Below, one piece after another: positions 42,402 to 56,585 of a DNA stretch of 64,000 nt. Origin of the DNA: Octopus vulgaris (lineage: Eukaryota); assembly GCA_951406725.2 (NCBI GenBank), contig OX597828.1, positions 50,406,001 to 50,470,000 on the forward strand, read 5' to 3'. The position numbers were made by a program, and so were the translations under genes. How positions within the stretch are numbered: position 1 is the first letter of the stretch; every line of letters starts with the position of its first letter. Under the pieces are notes generated by a model. The model ran no database searches. It was not told the origin of the DNA and saw only the letters and a program-made list of their open reading frames with translations.

Positions 42402-42420
42402 TAAGTAGTTGATTGAATTA

Positions 42421-42517
42421 TCCTTGTCTCTCCTGATGAGAAGGCAGCATAATGCACCCCTTATTCCTTCGAAATTAGGAATATGCAGCCTTCGAAACAT
42501 ATGTCGAGAATAAAGGA
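42421..42517 (+). ncRNA. Type I hammerhead ribozyme, intact core
   Basis: Stem I TCTC/GAGA (extended by TCCTT/AAGGA), CTGATGA 42433-39, stem II GAAGGC...GCCTTC, GAAA 42494-97, palindromic stem III ACATATGT, GUC cleavage after 42505. Confidence 0.85.
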
Positions 42518-42551
42518 ATTTTGTTAAATCGTCGTTCAACTCCATTCTTTC

Positions 42552-42688
<137 letters not shown>

Positions 42689-43525
42689 TATATATACAGA
42701 CACTTACACATACATAAATTGAAGAACTTTAAAATGCATAATAAAATGTAAAGACGACGAGGAAGAAATGAATCAAAAATATATAAATAGATAAACAAGG
42801 AAAGAAAAAACATCTCATCAGAATAATAGATATTTAAATAATGGATTTGGAAGAAAGTTTTATGTGTAATTTATCCAATAAACAACACTGACAATGGTGG
42901 TTCTACCACGTAGAAGAAGAAGGAGAAGCAGTGACATTAAATTTATGATTATGAACATCTATCATCTTATTTATGCATGGACTAATTCGATTTCTGTGAA
43001 CATTTAATTTACTTTCGATTGTTGGCTGGGTTACAAGAGAAGGAAATTATTGCAATGATAAGTGAGTAAATATTGATTGCTTATACTAGCAGCGATAGAA
43101 AATGGCAGGAAAGGGATTGCAGTATTTCCTTACCAATTCCTAATTAAAATGTTCTGGTGTCACATCCAGACGCTATCGATTTTGCTTTTCATCTTTAGAA
43201 TATTCTTGAAATATATGGCATTAATCGGTTAAATTTTTTTCCATTGCAAAGCTATGCCAAATATCCACTTAAATCTTATTATGAGGTGGATTTGTGAGAT
43301 GGCGAAACAGTGGAATTGTTTGCGCGTTGGGAGAAAAATGCTTAGCAGTATTTCATATAGTCTTACATTCTACGTTCAAATAGCGCCGAGGGCAGCTTTT
43401 CCTTTCATTCTTTTCGGGGTCGATAAAAGCAGTACTGGGCTCCATGTAATTGACTAGTTCCAACCTACCCCACCCGATTCTAAGTCTTATGCTAATAGTA
43501 GGAGTGGCTGTGTGGTAAGTAGCCA

Positions 43526-43915
43526 GGCGCAGGAGTGGCTGTGTGATAAGTAGCTTGCTTACCAACCACATGGTTCTGGGTTCATTCCCATTGCGTGGCA
43601 CCTTGGACAAGTGTCTTCTACTTTAGCCTCGGGCCGACCAAAGCCTTGTGCATAGATTTGGTAGACGGAAACTGAAAGAAGCCCGTCGTATATATGTATG
43701 TGTGTGTATATGTTTGTGTGTCTGCATTTGTCCCCCAAACATCGCTTGACAACCGATGGTAGTGTGTTTACGCCCCCGTAACCTAACGGTTCGACAAAAG
43801 AGACCGATAGAATAAGTAATAGGCTTCCAAAGAATAAGTCCTGGGTCAATTTGCTCGACTAAAGGCGGTGCTCCAGCATGGTCGCAGTCAAATGACTGAA
43901 ACAAGTAAAAGAGAA
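43526..43915 (+). mobile_element. SINE family A with a duplicated partial head at 43500-43522
   Basis: Match to family A. Confidence 0.8.
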
Positions 43916-44587
43916 ATAAAAGCGTAGAAAGTATTATTTATTAGAGTCGCAAACGGTGGCAAGATGGCGAAATCATTGGGGAGTTGGAATACAAATTCTT
44001 TTATGGTGTTTGTTCAAACTCCGGATACTCTAAGTTCAAATCCTGCCGAGGTCGATTCTTTCCAATACCTTTCATCTCTCTAGAGTTGATAAAATAAGGT
44101 TGTAATCAATCAAGTAGCGGGGTCGAAACAAACGGCTAAACTGTGTCCCCTCAAAATTGCTGGCGTTCTACCAAACTTAGAAACAGTCATTTGAAGTTGT
44201 AGAAACAGCGAAGTATTGAGTAACGTGAGACCTTTCTTTATCATCTCATCCATCTAAGGATGAAATAAAAGAAGCTAAGTTATCGGCTGTTATCATTGTT
44301 TACTCCAGGTCAGCCACGATAATGCTTGTGACCGTTCTGTATTTCATTCCGGAGATGTATCCAAACTACGTTATTTAACGTTGCCTTTTAAAGATTAATT
44401 CGGCTCATTTTGCTCAGTAAAGCAAGCACGCATATCGAGAATGCAATTTGTTAAACGAAAATATATTCGCCATGCTGGACCACGAAAATCTACAAATCTT
44501 TTTCATCCTCTCTCTTATTCCTTTCTGTTGTTCATACACCAGTTTTCGTCTTATGTTTTATATAAATTTCAAATATATATATATATA

Positions 44588-44940
44588 GGCGCAGGAGTGG
44601 CTGTGTGGTAAGTAGCTTGCTTACCAACCATATGGTTCCGGGTTCAGTCCCACTGTGTGGCACCTTGCGCAAGTGTCTTCTACTATAGCCTCAGGCTGAC
44701 CAAAGCCTTGTGAGTGGATTTGGTAGACGGAAACTAAAAGAAGCTCGTCGTATATATGTATATATATGTGTGTTTGTGTGTATGTGCTTGTCCCCCTAGC
44801 ATTGCTTGACAACCGATGCCGGTGTGTTTATGTCCCCGTTACTTAGCGGTTCGGCAAAAAGAGACCGATAGAATAAGTGCTGGGCTTACAAAGAATGGCC
44901 GCAGTCAAATGACTGAAACAAGTAAAAGAGTAAAAGAGTA
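44588..44940 (+). mobile_element. SINE family A with a small internal deletion
   Basis: Match to family A. Confidence 0.8.
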
Positions 44941-45547
44941 TATATACATACACGAATGAGTGGACAAACAAAAGAAAAGGGCTCTCAGCACATTTATTAG
45001 GAGTTACAAGTATTATTCGAAACAGTTTGATTCCGTGCTATTTAAAGGTTCACAGGCCCCTAACGGAACCTGTCTCCTCATGCTGGTGGAATAGACGAAT
45101 GAATGAAGAGGTCCAGGAAGTCCAAGGCAACTGAACAAACGAAAGAAAAATACTAATGGTAAGTAGACTTCCTAAGAGGTGTACATAGAAAAAATTGTGG
45201 GTGGGGCACAGTTTAAAGACACGTTAAAGTAATTTCTCTATTTTTGGAGAGATATTTCATACTGATATAAGACACCTTGTCTCCTGGTAAATCTTGATAA
45301 AAAAATATACGGTTGGTGATCGCCTTGAATTCTATGTCTATGTGGAGTGGCATATCTCAGAATAACATCACTTCACTATACTTTGAGATCTATTGTGGTG
45401 TATTTATGGCACATATTTTCTGCTGGTCATGCCTGTGCTTGTATAGATTCTTGGTGAAAAACGTGCAGCAAAGACATGATTAATTATTTCTTCGTAATAT
45501 TTTCTTCTCCTTTTGCTTCTTCATCGTCGCCATCGTTGTCCTTCTCC

Positions 45548-46117
<570 letters not shown>

Positions 46118-46554
46118 CATTTCGTTTGTACAAGGTTTCTTGGTAATGTTTTTTCTTGTTATCAATCAGTAAAATTTTGAGATATTTATGTCCGATTCCT
46201 TTTCTCCATACCTGGCAATTTGGGATATAATTGAAATAGGGATTCCTTATCTTTGACATGAATTATTTCCAATAAAGCAATAATTTTCATCCTTCTTTTC
46301 TTTTTTATTTACTTCAAAACCATTTGTCCTACACATTTAGCATATTTATTAATTCATTGATAAGAATTTGGCATTTATATCATTCAGATATTTTCTACGA
46401 CAAAGTTCTCTTAAGCCACGATGCTTTTTTACGTTGCTTTAATTCCAAATTTATATGCATCAATGGAAGGCAACATCGATATATTGCAGTTTTGTTTAAT
46501 ACAGAAATAATTGGATTGGGCTTCGCGCCTGTGATCTAAAAGGATTATCCTCGC

Positions 46555-47290
46555 TATCAGTTAAAAGTAGGAAGCAAACTATCAGTTAAAACTATATTCC
46601 ACACTACTAGTTAAAAGTATAACCACACTATTATACAATAAATGTATGGTCCACACTATCAGTTAAAATCATAATCCACACCATCAGTTAAAAATATAAC
46701 ACACATTATCAGTTAAACGCATAGTCAGCATTATCAGTTGAAAGTATAACCCACACTATCATTTAAAACTATAATCAACAGTATTAGTTAAAAATATAAA
46801 CCACACTATCAGTTAAAAGTATAATTCACACTATCAACTAACTCTATAATCTACCCTATCAGTTAAAACTATAATCCACTCTATCTGTTAAAACTATTAC
46901 CCACATTATCAGTTAACAGTATAATCCACACTGTCGGTCGAAACTATGACCCACACTATCATTTAAATGCATAGTATACACTATCAGTTAAAAATGTTAT
47001 CCTCACAATCAGTTAAATGTATAATATACACTACCAGTTAAAAGTATAACCCACAATATTAATTAAAACTATAATCCACACTATCAGTTAGCTGTATAAT
47101 CCACACTATTAGTTAAATGTATAAATCCACACTATCGGTTAAAAGTATAATCCACTCTATCAGCTAAAAGTATAATCCACTCTGTCAGTTAAAAGTATAA
47201 TCCACTCTATCAGCTAAAAGTATAATCCACTCTGTCAGTTAAAAGTATAAACCCACACTATCAGCTTACAGTATAATCCACTCTATCAGT
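46555..47290. repeat. 25-bp minisatellite, about 29 copies
   Basis: Consensus ATCAGTTAAAAGTATAATCCACACT. Confidence 0.9.
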
Positions 47291-49079
47291 CATAATTCTA
47301 ACTTGCACTATTAGTCAAAACAACATTATTACTTAAGACAGTTGAACTTTGTTGATAGTCATATGTTATTGTCAGCGCGAATAGTAAATAGATTGGACGT
47401 GTATTTAGATTTTTTTAAACCAAAGAAAAGTCTACATAAGGTCGTTTTGCTATGTGTATGTATTTATGGTGTGGTTAGTTGCAGTGAGAAGACTAGACAA
47501 AGGCACAGAAGCTGGCGGGACTTCTTCAATTCAATGGATATTTGATATAGATGCATCTCTTGTCATAAGATTCCTTCCAGATTTTGTTTGAAATGGAATA
47601 TCACTGCACTATTTTGACGCAAGAGTTTGACTAAAATATTTTTAAGAAGCATCCATCCCCATACGGCAGTACTCATTTATCACTGTTCTTAGATCTACTT
47701 TAAAAATTATATTAAGCGTTTTGTATCAATGCATATTAATTTTTGTTTATTCTAAAATTTTATTAATGGAGATCCCTATCAGTTTCCTCAAACTCCAGGT
47801 CTTGCCGTATTTGGGCTCTGTCTCCTAATGTTCATTTTAGATACGTTCTTTTAGTTTCCGAGTTCAGTTCCCATCGGGACACCATAAACTGCCTCTAATG
47901 CCTCCATTCAGTGAATGAAACGATTCAATAGAATAATCCAAGCGCTCAGAAATATTTTACAGAATATTCGTCATATTTGGTAACAGCAATATAAGTTCAG
48001 GAATTCAGCTTTCTGACTTTATATAAGTTAAATATTCGAGTAGAGATTAGTTTTGGTTTAAAACAATATCGTCGATTTTGTGTTGAAATCCTATGTAAGG
48101 CATCTGTTGTCAATAGCAAATGACAAACCATTTGGGAATGTTTAATGTGATTAAAAAAACATTTACTGTGGCAGATATATTTGTTTACTTGTCTCTTTAA
48201 GCGTTGCTTCTTATACCATCACCTTCTCGTCTGTCCATTTATTTACATACCATTCAATGTTAGTATTATAACGAGATCTAAGTTGACAACTGAAATAAGT
48301 TATAACTAATCTCATATTTTACACACAAACTACAACACGAATATTCTAATTCTTAGATGTTTTGCAAACAACTTGCACATGCAGTTAAAAGCTCCGTATA
48401 CCGGAAGCTAGCAAGTGTATGGGGTCATCAGGAGAGAATGTGCGCCGTTTCGGGGCCTACCTCTCGACGGCATCAATGCGCACCGGCCCCCCTCACTGAT
48501 ATGAGGCCCCGCTTGCTAGATCAGCTGGTTATGAAGAACTCAATATACTTCTGGCCATCGCTCATCGTCTCTTTTTAACCAAATCCAGTGGCTAGCCTTC
48601 TCCACTGTAGATTGGATATCAGTCATGGTGGTATTGACTTTACGATGAGTTAGGCCTAGCGATAACAACTTCGTAATTAATTTATCAGAAGTGTGTAAAT
48701 ATTGGTGGGCGTTAGTTGTACATCATAATAGACTACACATATAAATCAGTTTAAGTGACCAACTAAATTTTCTTCAGTCACCCAACGCCAATTGTTATTG
48801 AATTTATAACTGTAAAGGAGAAGCATTTCTGAAAGTAGCGTGGGAGGAATTCCAACCACGTTTTGTTGTTCTCTGCCTCAACAGCTCATTTATTGTTTTA
48901 ATATTATCATGTATCATTCTATCAAATTTATTAGGCTATTCAGTCATTGTACTTCTGCTTGTTAACTTCGTAATCAAACCCTCTTTCGAAAAAATCTTGG
49001 AGGAGAAGCAGGCATTACCAGCAACAAGGAATGCATGGGTGTATATCTTGTAAGCCAGAGAGCAACAACAGCATTGACA

Positions 49080-49750
49080 GAGAGAGTAGCCTGTCTAGCC
49101 TAGAAGGATATGCATTCGCTATCCAGGAATAGGAGAGATTTATTAAATGCCTGGTAAACAAACGAGACAAAGATAGCACTAACCTTCCACGTTGTGGTAG
49201 AAAATTCGGCTATGCTATACAAGTGTGGAAGATATCACTCACATCATCAGCAACTGCCCCAAAATGTCTACGAGATACTACCTGCCTCTAAGGCATGATA
49301 TAGTTGCAAAGACTATTTACAATGCAGGAAGGACTGCTCTGATGTCCTTGCAGGTGGACTATTCCTATAAAAACAGCAATTCGGTGCAAACGTTAACAGA
49401 TCTGATACCATTTTGTACGACAAGAGTCATGCACTGTAGGAACATGTGTCATGCACTGTAGGAACATGAATCAGGCACCGTTGTAGATGCCAGCTGCCCA
49501 GCGGTTGAGAATTTGGAAAAGAGAACATTTATGGTGAATTAATGCGGAACTTACAGCTGTTGTACGTAACTACAGATTTTCATTTATGTCTATCATCATA
49601 GCCACATTAGGCTATTTACCTACAGATTTGCAAACAAAATTTAGAAGTACTGTGTCTTTCGAAGAAAGAGCAAGAGAAATTGAGGCGCATTTTCCAAATC
49701 CAGTATATTAGCGTTACAATGAATGTTCGCGTGACATTCCAAAGATTCTT
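49080..49750 (+). mobile_element. Decayed RLE-type LINE C-terminal fragment
   Basis: EGYAFAIQE and EDITHIISNCPKMSTRYYLPLRHDIVAK (knuckle and RHD motif), with many stops. Confidence 0.65.
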
Positions 49751-50050
49751 CATCTGGGATTCTTTAGATGAATAGCTACATATACTTGGCCGTATGAATC
49801 GACTGTTCAACCTACACACCTAGTCAACCGTATATTTACAAACATCAAGAGTTCCCTTGACTCAAACAATTTTGTCGCTTTGTAAGCGCTCGGCTCAAAC
49901 TCTTAGAAAGAACTTAGATTAAACTCAAAGAAAACACACAGACACACAGACACATACATGCACGCATAGATATACACGCACAGACACACATACACTCACG
50001 CACGCACACACACAAACACACACATGGAGTGAATGGTAATTTACATGAAC

Positions 50051-50498
50051 AGAAGGCAGCGAGCTGGCAGCAACGTTAGCACACCGGGTGAAATGCTTTG
50101 TGGTATTTCGTCCGCTGCTGCGTTCTGAGTTCAAATTCCGCCGAGGTCGACTTTGCCTTTCATCCTTTCGGGGTCGCTTAAATAAGTACCAGTTACGCAC
50201 TGGGGTCGATATAATCGACTTAGTCCGTTTGCTTGTCCTTGTTTGTACCTTCTATGTTTAGCCCCTTGTGGACAGTAAAAAAATAGGTATTTCGTCTGTG
50301 GGTCAGTAAAGAAATAGGTATTTCGTTTGCCGCTACGTTCTGAGTTCAAATTCCGCTGAGGTCGACTTTGCCCTTTATCCTTTCGAGGACGATTAAATAA
50401 GTACCAGTTACGCACTGTGGTTGATATAATCGACTTAATCCGTTTGTCTGTCCTTGTTTGTCCTCTCTGTTTAGCTCCTTGTGGGTAGCAAAGAAATA
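50051..50498 (+). mobile_element. SINE B multimer enclosed by a 16-bp TSD
   Basis: GGTAATTTACATGAAC at 50035-50050 and 50499-50514. Confidence 0.85.
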
Positions 50499-50767
50499 GG
50501 TAATTTACATGAACCGTAGTGAAGTCAGCATAGTAATCTCAACTCTGAATACTTTCCCTCCTATTTGTATACTCAGTGACACCCCCCTCTCGTATCTATA
50601 TGTATTAGTGTGTGCATATGTGTAATTAATTGTGTGTAGTATGTGGTATTAGATCAAAAGTAACACAAAATTGTAAATGACTGAGTAGTCACTAAACATT
50701 ATTTAATAAGTTATCTCTTTCTCTCTATCTGCCCACCTACCGATCTATATATATATATCTATCTTTC

Positions 50768-50905
50768 TATGTATGTATGAATGTATGTATGTATGTATGT
50801 ATGTATGTATGTATGTATGTATGTATGTATGTATGTATGTATGTATGTATTTATGTATGTATTTATGCATGTATGTGTATGCATGTAAGTATGCATGTAT
50901 GTATG

Positions 50906-50937
<32 letters not shown>

Positions 50938-51069
50938 TGTATGTATGTATGTATGTATGTATGCATGTATGTATGTATGTATGTATGTATGCATGTATGT
51001 ATGTATGTATTTATGTATGTATGCATGTATGCATGTATGTGTATGCATGTAAGTATGCATGTATGTATG

Positions 51070-51101
<32 letters not shown>

Positions 51102-51287
51102 TGTATGTATGTATGTATGTATGTATGCATGTATGTATGTATGTATGTATGTATGTATGTATGTATGTATGTATTTATGTATGTATGCATGTATGCATGT
51201 ATGTGTATGCATGTAAGTATGCATGTATGTATGTATGTATGTGTATGTATGTATGTATGTATGTATGTATGCATGTATGTATGTATC

Positions 51288-51340
<53 letters not shown>
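50768..51340. repeat. (TATG)n with a 164-bp higher-order repeat, then (TATC)n
   Basis: Marker GCATGTAAGT at 50881, 51045 and 51209. Confidence 0.9.
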
Positions 51341-52013
51341 GTGTGCGTATACATGTATATACATGTACTCACACACACATATATGTATATATATATATAA
51401 ATGCATGCACACATATACAAACTGTTTTGTATCACCACCTAAAGTCACTTCCCATGTATGAATAGATTGGCTGTAACCAAGAGACGTGGGAGGCCGTGCC
51501 ACCATAAATCATATCTTGACAACGATGTTTAATTAATCCCAGTGCTTTGAGAAGTTTTCAAATATACGACGAGCTCACAGGCTCTGAAAATTACATTTAA
51601 TAAAAATCATAAATAATAAAAGATTAACTTCAGGCTTAACGCACATACCGATGTATATGTGCCTCGTTATTTGTGTCTATGTATGTAACAATGTTAATTT
51701 TCCTGTTATGCATAATTTTACAACTGTTATTTTTATTATACATATTGATAAGTATGTACACGCGGTATGTATGATAAGTTGATCGTTATTAAGTATGAAT
51801 TTGTTATTTATGAATATATATATTGAACACACAGTTCTATATTTAAGAGAGAAATATCGAACATATTTCAAAATGCTTTTTGTTTCGTTATATTCATACC
51901 TTTATTCAGATTCTTCAATATATCATCGACACAGAAAATTAATAGGTTGTTAAACTCTAACAGGTTATTACATTGCGGGAAATCTGGTGGGGAAATTTTG
52001 CATATATATATGA

Positions 52014-52385
52014 ATATGAGAGAGAATCCACTATGTGGACACCCTTACGCTAAGAAGAGATCCGCATGAGTCTCAACCACTAAGAATTGTTCTCAAGAAA
52101 AATTTAGCACATCATGAACAATTGTATGGAGTTAATCTGTATTTTGTTATTTTTCATTAGTCCTGCTCGCTTACGTTCATGGTGTGCTAAATTTTTCTTG
52201 AGAACAATTCTTAGTGGTTGAGACTCATGCGGATCTCTTTCTAGCGTAAGGGCGCCCACATAGTGGATTCTCTCTCATATTTATGTATTAATAATATTTA
52301 CTGAATCTCAGTTTTTTATGCGCTAAACCACTGGTGTTATATTGATGTTATTAACTTAATATCCAATTTTTTTCACCCTTATTTT

Positions 52386-52387
<2 letters not shown>
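52014..52387. mobile_element. Penelope-like terminal fold-back
   Basis: Arms 52014-52119 and 52175-52281 are inverted. Homologous to the 28.7-29.4 kb repeats. Confidence 0.55.
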
Positions 52388-52435
<48 letters not shown>

Positions 52436-52853
52436 TCACACATATACACACAATAGGCTAAAACAATCCTTAACACCCGCACATATTTGGAATGAAATGC
52501 AGGGAATCATAAATATGACAAAGATTCATAATTTAATTACCTTTAACAACCGTTTCATTAGGAGTACGGATAACTAATTCCATAATTACGTAATCAAACT
52601 AATTAATTGTTATAAGTCAATTAAATTTAAAGTAATGCTTATGCCAAATCAAATGGAATAGTACCGCTGGTAGTTGAAATAGAAGAAAAGAATCAAAATG
52701 TATCAATCTGTGGTCAAGAAAATAATTTAATCCTTATCTCTGCCTCGTTCCAGTTATGGTCCTACTTCGCGGTACCTTCTATTCTAGCCTGGGTTTCATC
52801 AATGGCTTGTGAGTAAAATTTCTAAAAGCAAACTTTACCTAATCTCGTCGACG

Positions 52854-52949
<96 letters not shown>

Positions 52950-53185
52950 GTCTGTCTGTCTGTCTGTATGTCTGTCTGTCTGTCTGCCTGTCTGTCTGCC
53001 TGTCTGTCTGCCTGTCTGTCTGTCTGCCTGTTTCTCTGTCTGTTTATCTATCTATCTACTTACCTATCTGTCTATCTATCCGCCAGATCACCCAACCAAC
53101 CAACCAACCAACCAACCATCCATCCATCCATCCCTCCATCTGCCCGTCCATCCGTCCGTCCGTCCGTCCGTCCGTCCGTCCGTCA
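52854..53185. repeat. Compound tetranucleotide array (TATC, TGTC, ACCA, ATCC, GTCC)
   Basis: Seen directly. Confidence 0.9.
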
Positions 53186-53214
53186 GTCCGTCTGTCTCTG
53201 TGTTAGTGTTGATG

Positions 53215-53655
53215 GTTCACCTGTTGAATCTGCAGAAAGGGGTCATAAGGTACCCATGGTCTTCACCGGCATAGCTAAAACGGCGAGATGGTTGTCAATA
53301 ATGTTCATCTTTAACTCTGTAAGTCAACGCTTGTCTAAGAGATACGAGCTGAGAGGGAATCCCCGAGATTCTGACATTCTGGTGAAGGAGAAGTGGATGC
53401 GGTTAGTGAAATCTGATACGAAAAGACCGACCCACGAGTTAACAGTAGGGTGAAGTCCTTAGGCGGACAGTTTCGATAAGATAATGGCATGATTGTCACG
53501 ATGACCGCTTTACTGATGTCGAGAGCGACAACATAGCTTTCATCTAATTTCTCCAAGGGGTAAGAACTCACTGACGGATGACGGAGGAGAATATATCAAC
53601 GGTGGGTCTGGTTTTACGGAAAAGGTATTGGTACTCATTAAGAGCGGGAGAGAAA

Positions 53656-53694
<39 letters not shown>

Positions 53695-53850
53695 GAAGGG
53701 CAATGGAAAGTATCGTTAATGATACTTCATTACCTTAAAGATAGTAAAAGTGAGGGTGATAATGCGATAGGGCGATAAATATCAAGATCACAGGAGCGGC
53801 GCTTTCGCTTCTTGCGAATGGAATATTTTACAGTGTATTTCCAAAGATCA
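53215..53850 (-). mobile_element. Decayed Jockey/CR1-like LINE RT fragment
   Basis: Minus strand reads WKYT...KK...IYRPIALS, EYQYLFRK and YVVALDISKA. It is interrupted by (GA)n. Confidence 0.6.
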
Positions 53851-54439
53851 ATATAGCTACATATACAGAGAGAAAGAGAAACAGAGGCAGAGACAGAGAG
53901 AGAAAGATGGAAAGAGAGAGAGAGGGGCCAAAGGGAGAGAAGAGAGAGAGAGAGGGGAGAGAGACAAAGTCATAGAAAGAGAGAGAGAGGGAGAGAGTAA
54001 TGGAAGATTTTGTTGAGTTTAGGGGCGAGTTCTGGGGGAAAATGTTTTTACTCGTATAATATTTTGTTATGTAAAAAAGATAACTGAGTTCTATAAAATT
54101 AGTGCTTGGCTGAAATTAAAGATGTAGTCAATGAGATGAAGGTGCTCTAGCATGGCCACAGTCCAATGCCAGTGTCTAGTAAAAAAAATATCATGCAGTG
54201 CAACGCCTTTATCAATTGGTCGCTTATGATAATTACATTCGATACGTCTGAAAGTGTTTGAGTCATACAAACAGAGCCATTATTTATTGCACGTTTATTA
54301 GCCAGGCAATCAATCTTTTTTCATCTGAATGTTATACAATCATGATGAGGATAACTAGTAGGTGCCAATAGTAATGGAATGTGTCGGTTATAATGGAATT
54401 GTCTGTGAACTCCAATACGCTGAATGTAATTTTTCTTCT

Positions 54440-54789
54440 TTTCTTTTACTTGTTTCAGTAATTTCACAGCTGCCATTCTGGAGCACCGCCTATTAGTCGA
54501 ACAAATCGACCTTAGGACTTATTCTTTGTAAGACTAGTACTTATTCTATCGCTAGGTCACGGGGACTTAAGCATGCCAACATCGGTTGTCAAGCGATGGA
54601 GGGGGGATAAACACACATACAAATATATTTACATATGCAAATGCATACACATATATATATTGACTCACAAAGCTTTGGTCAGCCCGAGGCTATCGTAGAA
54701 GACACTTGGCAAGTTGCCACGCAGTGGGACTGAGCCCGGAACCATGCGATTAGTAAGCAAGCTACTTACCACAAGGCACTCCTGCGCCT
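54440..54789 (-). mobile_element. SINE family A, diverged
   Basis: Match to family A. Confidence 0.7.
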
Positions 54790-54959
54790 AATTATATATA
54801 TATATATAATACATATACACACACACAAAATATATATACATTGATATATGTACACATACGTATACATAGATATAGACAGACAGGCAGGAAGGAAATAGAC
54901 ATCTTTAATTTTCAAAATCTTTTATTTAATACGCAAACCGAACAATCGAAATGTTATCG

Positions 54960-55530
54960 ATAGGTAGGACTCCAAACTTTAGTATTTAGCTGACACTCCG
55001 TTTGCAGTTTTTAATTCAGAAACTCTTTTTGGCATTGAACTGATGAGCTTTGTGATTGTCTCTTGTGGAATTTTCACGCAACAATCGAAACAATTCATCT
55101 TTAGATTTAGGTTTCTGTCGAGTTTTTCCTTTAGCTCTATCTAGTATGCTCCAAAGATTTTCAGTTGGGTTCATGTCAGGAAATTGGTTCAGCCAAGGAA
55201 GCCTTTTGATCCCATTTTCAGTCAGCCATTGTTGATTCCTTTTCGCTGTGTGGAACGGAGCCCCATCTTCCATGAATAAAAACTCATTTTTCGTTATGTT
55301 ATTGTGTGAATACATTGGAAGTAGTCTTTGCTTAAGTATTTCGATGTATTTTTCAGAGTTTATGGTTCCAACACATTCGATCAGCTCAGAACGACCATTG
55401 CTAGTGACAACTCCCCATACCATTACAGAGATACCGTCATGTTTCACAGTTGGTTGGAGGCGGGAATTCAGATGTAAGATTTCTGTGTTTGCATATGCGT
55501 TTGACGTCCCCATAATAACGTCGAACACCA
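54960..55530 (-). mobile_element. Tc1 (DD34E) transposase fragment
   Basis: ORF 55016-55528: VKHDGISVMVWG...FMEDGAPFHTAK...PDMNPTENLW, with 34 residues between D and E. Confidence 0.85.
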
Positions 55531-55539
55531 GATAAATCG

Positions 55540-55860
55540 AAGTGATAGGTAGTACTATGATGAAATACGAGGCGGTAGATGGAGTAAAAATTAACCAGGA
55601 GAATTAACAGGGAGAAGTGGGTTTGCAGCTCGACACCTTGAGTGACAACTCCATACCGTCCAATAGCGACGTTGGATGCTGGACGGTATGGGTGGATTAA
55701 ATTGTTCGGGATTCGGTCCAAACCTCCAGGTGTACAAGAACTGGGAAAAACAGGGTGACTAGTTTTATCTAGTAACGAACTGAGACGAAACTGTCCCTGA
55801 AGGTTCGAGCGAGGGAGACGAATGCGAACATCACATCCGTCATCTACTATCAGCGCCTGA
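55540..55860 (-). mobile_element. Possible APE endonuclease start of an APE-type LINE
   Basis: CDVRIRLPRSNLQ resembles the APE N-terminal NIRGLRSN motif. It is on the same strand as the RT piece at 53.2-53.9 kb. Confidence 0.35.
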
Positions 55861-56160
55861 CAGTCGTACCTCGTCCCGCCGTATGTTGTTTTACGTTCTG
55901 TGTTCAAATCTTACGCGCATGAAACTTGCCTTTTACCTTCCGAGAGTTGATAAAAATAAAATATCAGTTTAATAATGGGATAAATGGAATCGATTAGCTC
56001 CCTAAGCTCAAAATTGCTAACATTGTGTCTAAATTAGAAAAAAAAATATTATGGATTTAGCTGATGAGTAACTGAACTGGTATAATGGTAAAACGACAGA
56101 GAAAATTGAGGTAACTGTTTGAAATTGTAGAGGTACATATAAAATGGCGAGAAGTAGCTG

Positions 56161-56223
<63 letters not shown>

Positions 56224-56245
56224 TTGAAAGAAGGTTTGAAAATGA

Positions 56246-56329
56246 AATTTTAAAGATGTTTATTGATTTGACCGGTTTCGCTTTCTTAAAAAAGTGAAAT
56301 CGGTCAAGTCAATAAACATCTTTAAAATT
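56246..56329. repeat. 84-bp palindrome made of a hammerhead 3'-half/PLE-end motif
   Basis: AATTTTAAAGATGTTTATTGATTTGACCGGTTTCGCTTT...AAAGTGAAATCGGTCAAGTCAATAAACATCTTTAAAATT. Confidence 0.8.
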
Positions 56330-56335
56330 GAATTA

Positions 56336-56373
<38 letters not shown>

Positions 56374-56585
56374 GTGTTTAGTCATTTCCATGTTGTGTGT
56401 TCGAATTATGCCCGTGTCGAATTTACTTTTCATCTCTCCGGACTCTGTAAAGCGACCATCAATTTTTGTGGGTTATAAAATCGATTTCTCCCCATATTTC
56501 ATCGCATTTTACTTATGACAGGACTTATCTGTATTGGGGAATTATTTGCATTTCTTGTGATAGTAGTTGTTGTAGTCCAAGTCGC

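Noticed and set aside
46555-47290. CRISPR-like appearance of tandem arrays (also 18211-18550)
   Set aside because: No unique spacers between constant repeats, no cas genes, and a eukaryotic context.
48345-48485. Minus-strand CTGATGA and CGAAACG motifs with hairpins
   Set aside because: They cannot be assembled into a hammerhead without several core mismatches.
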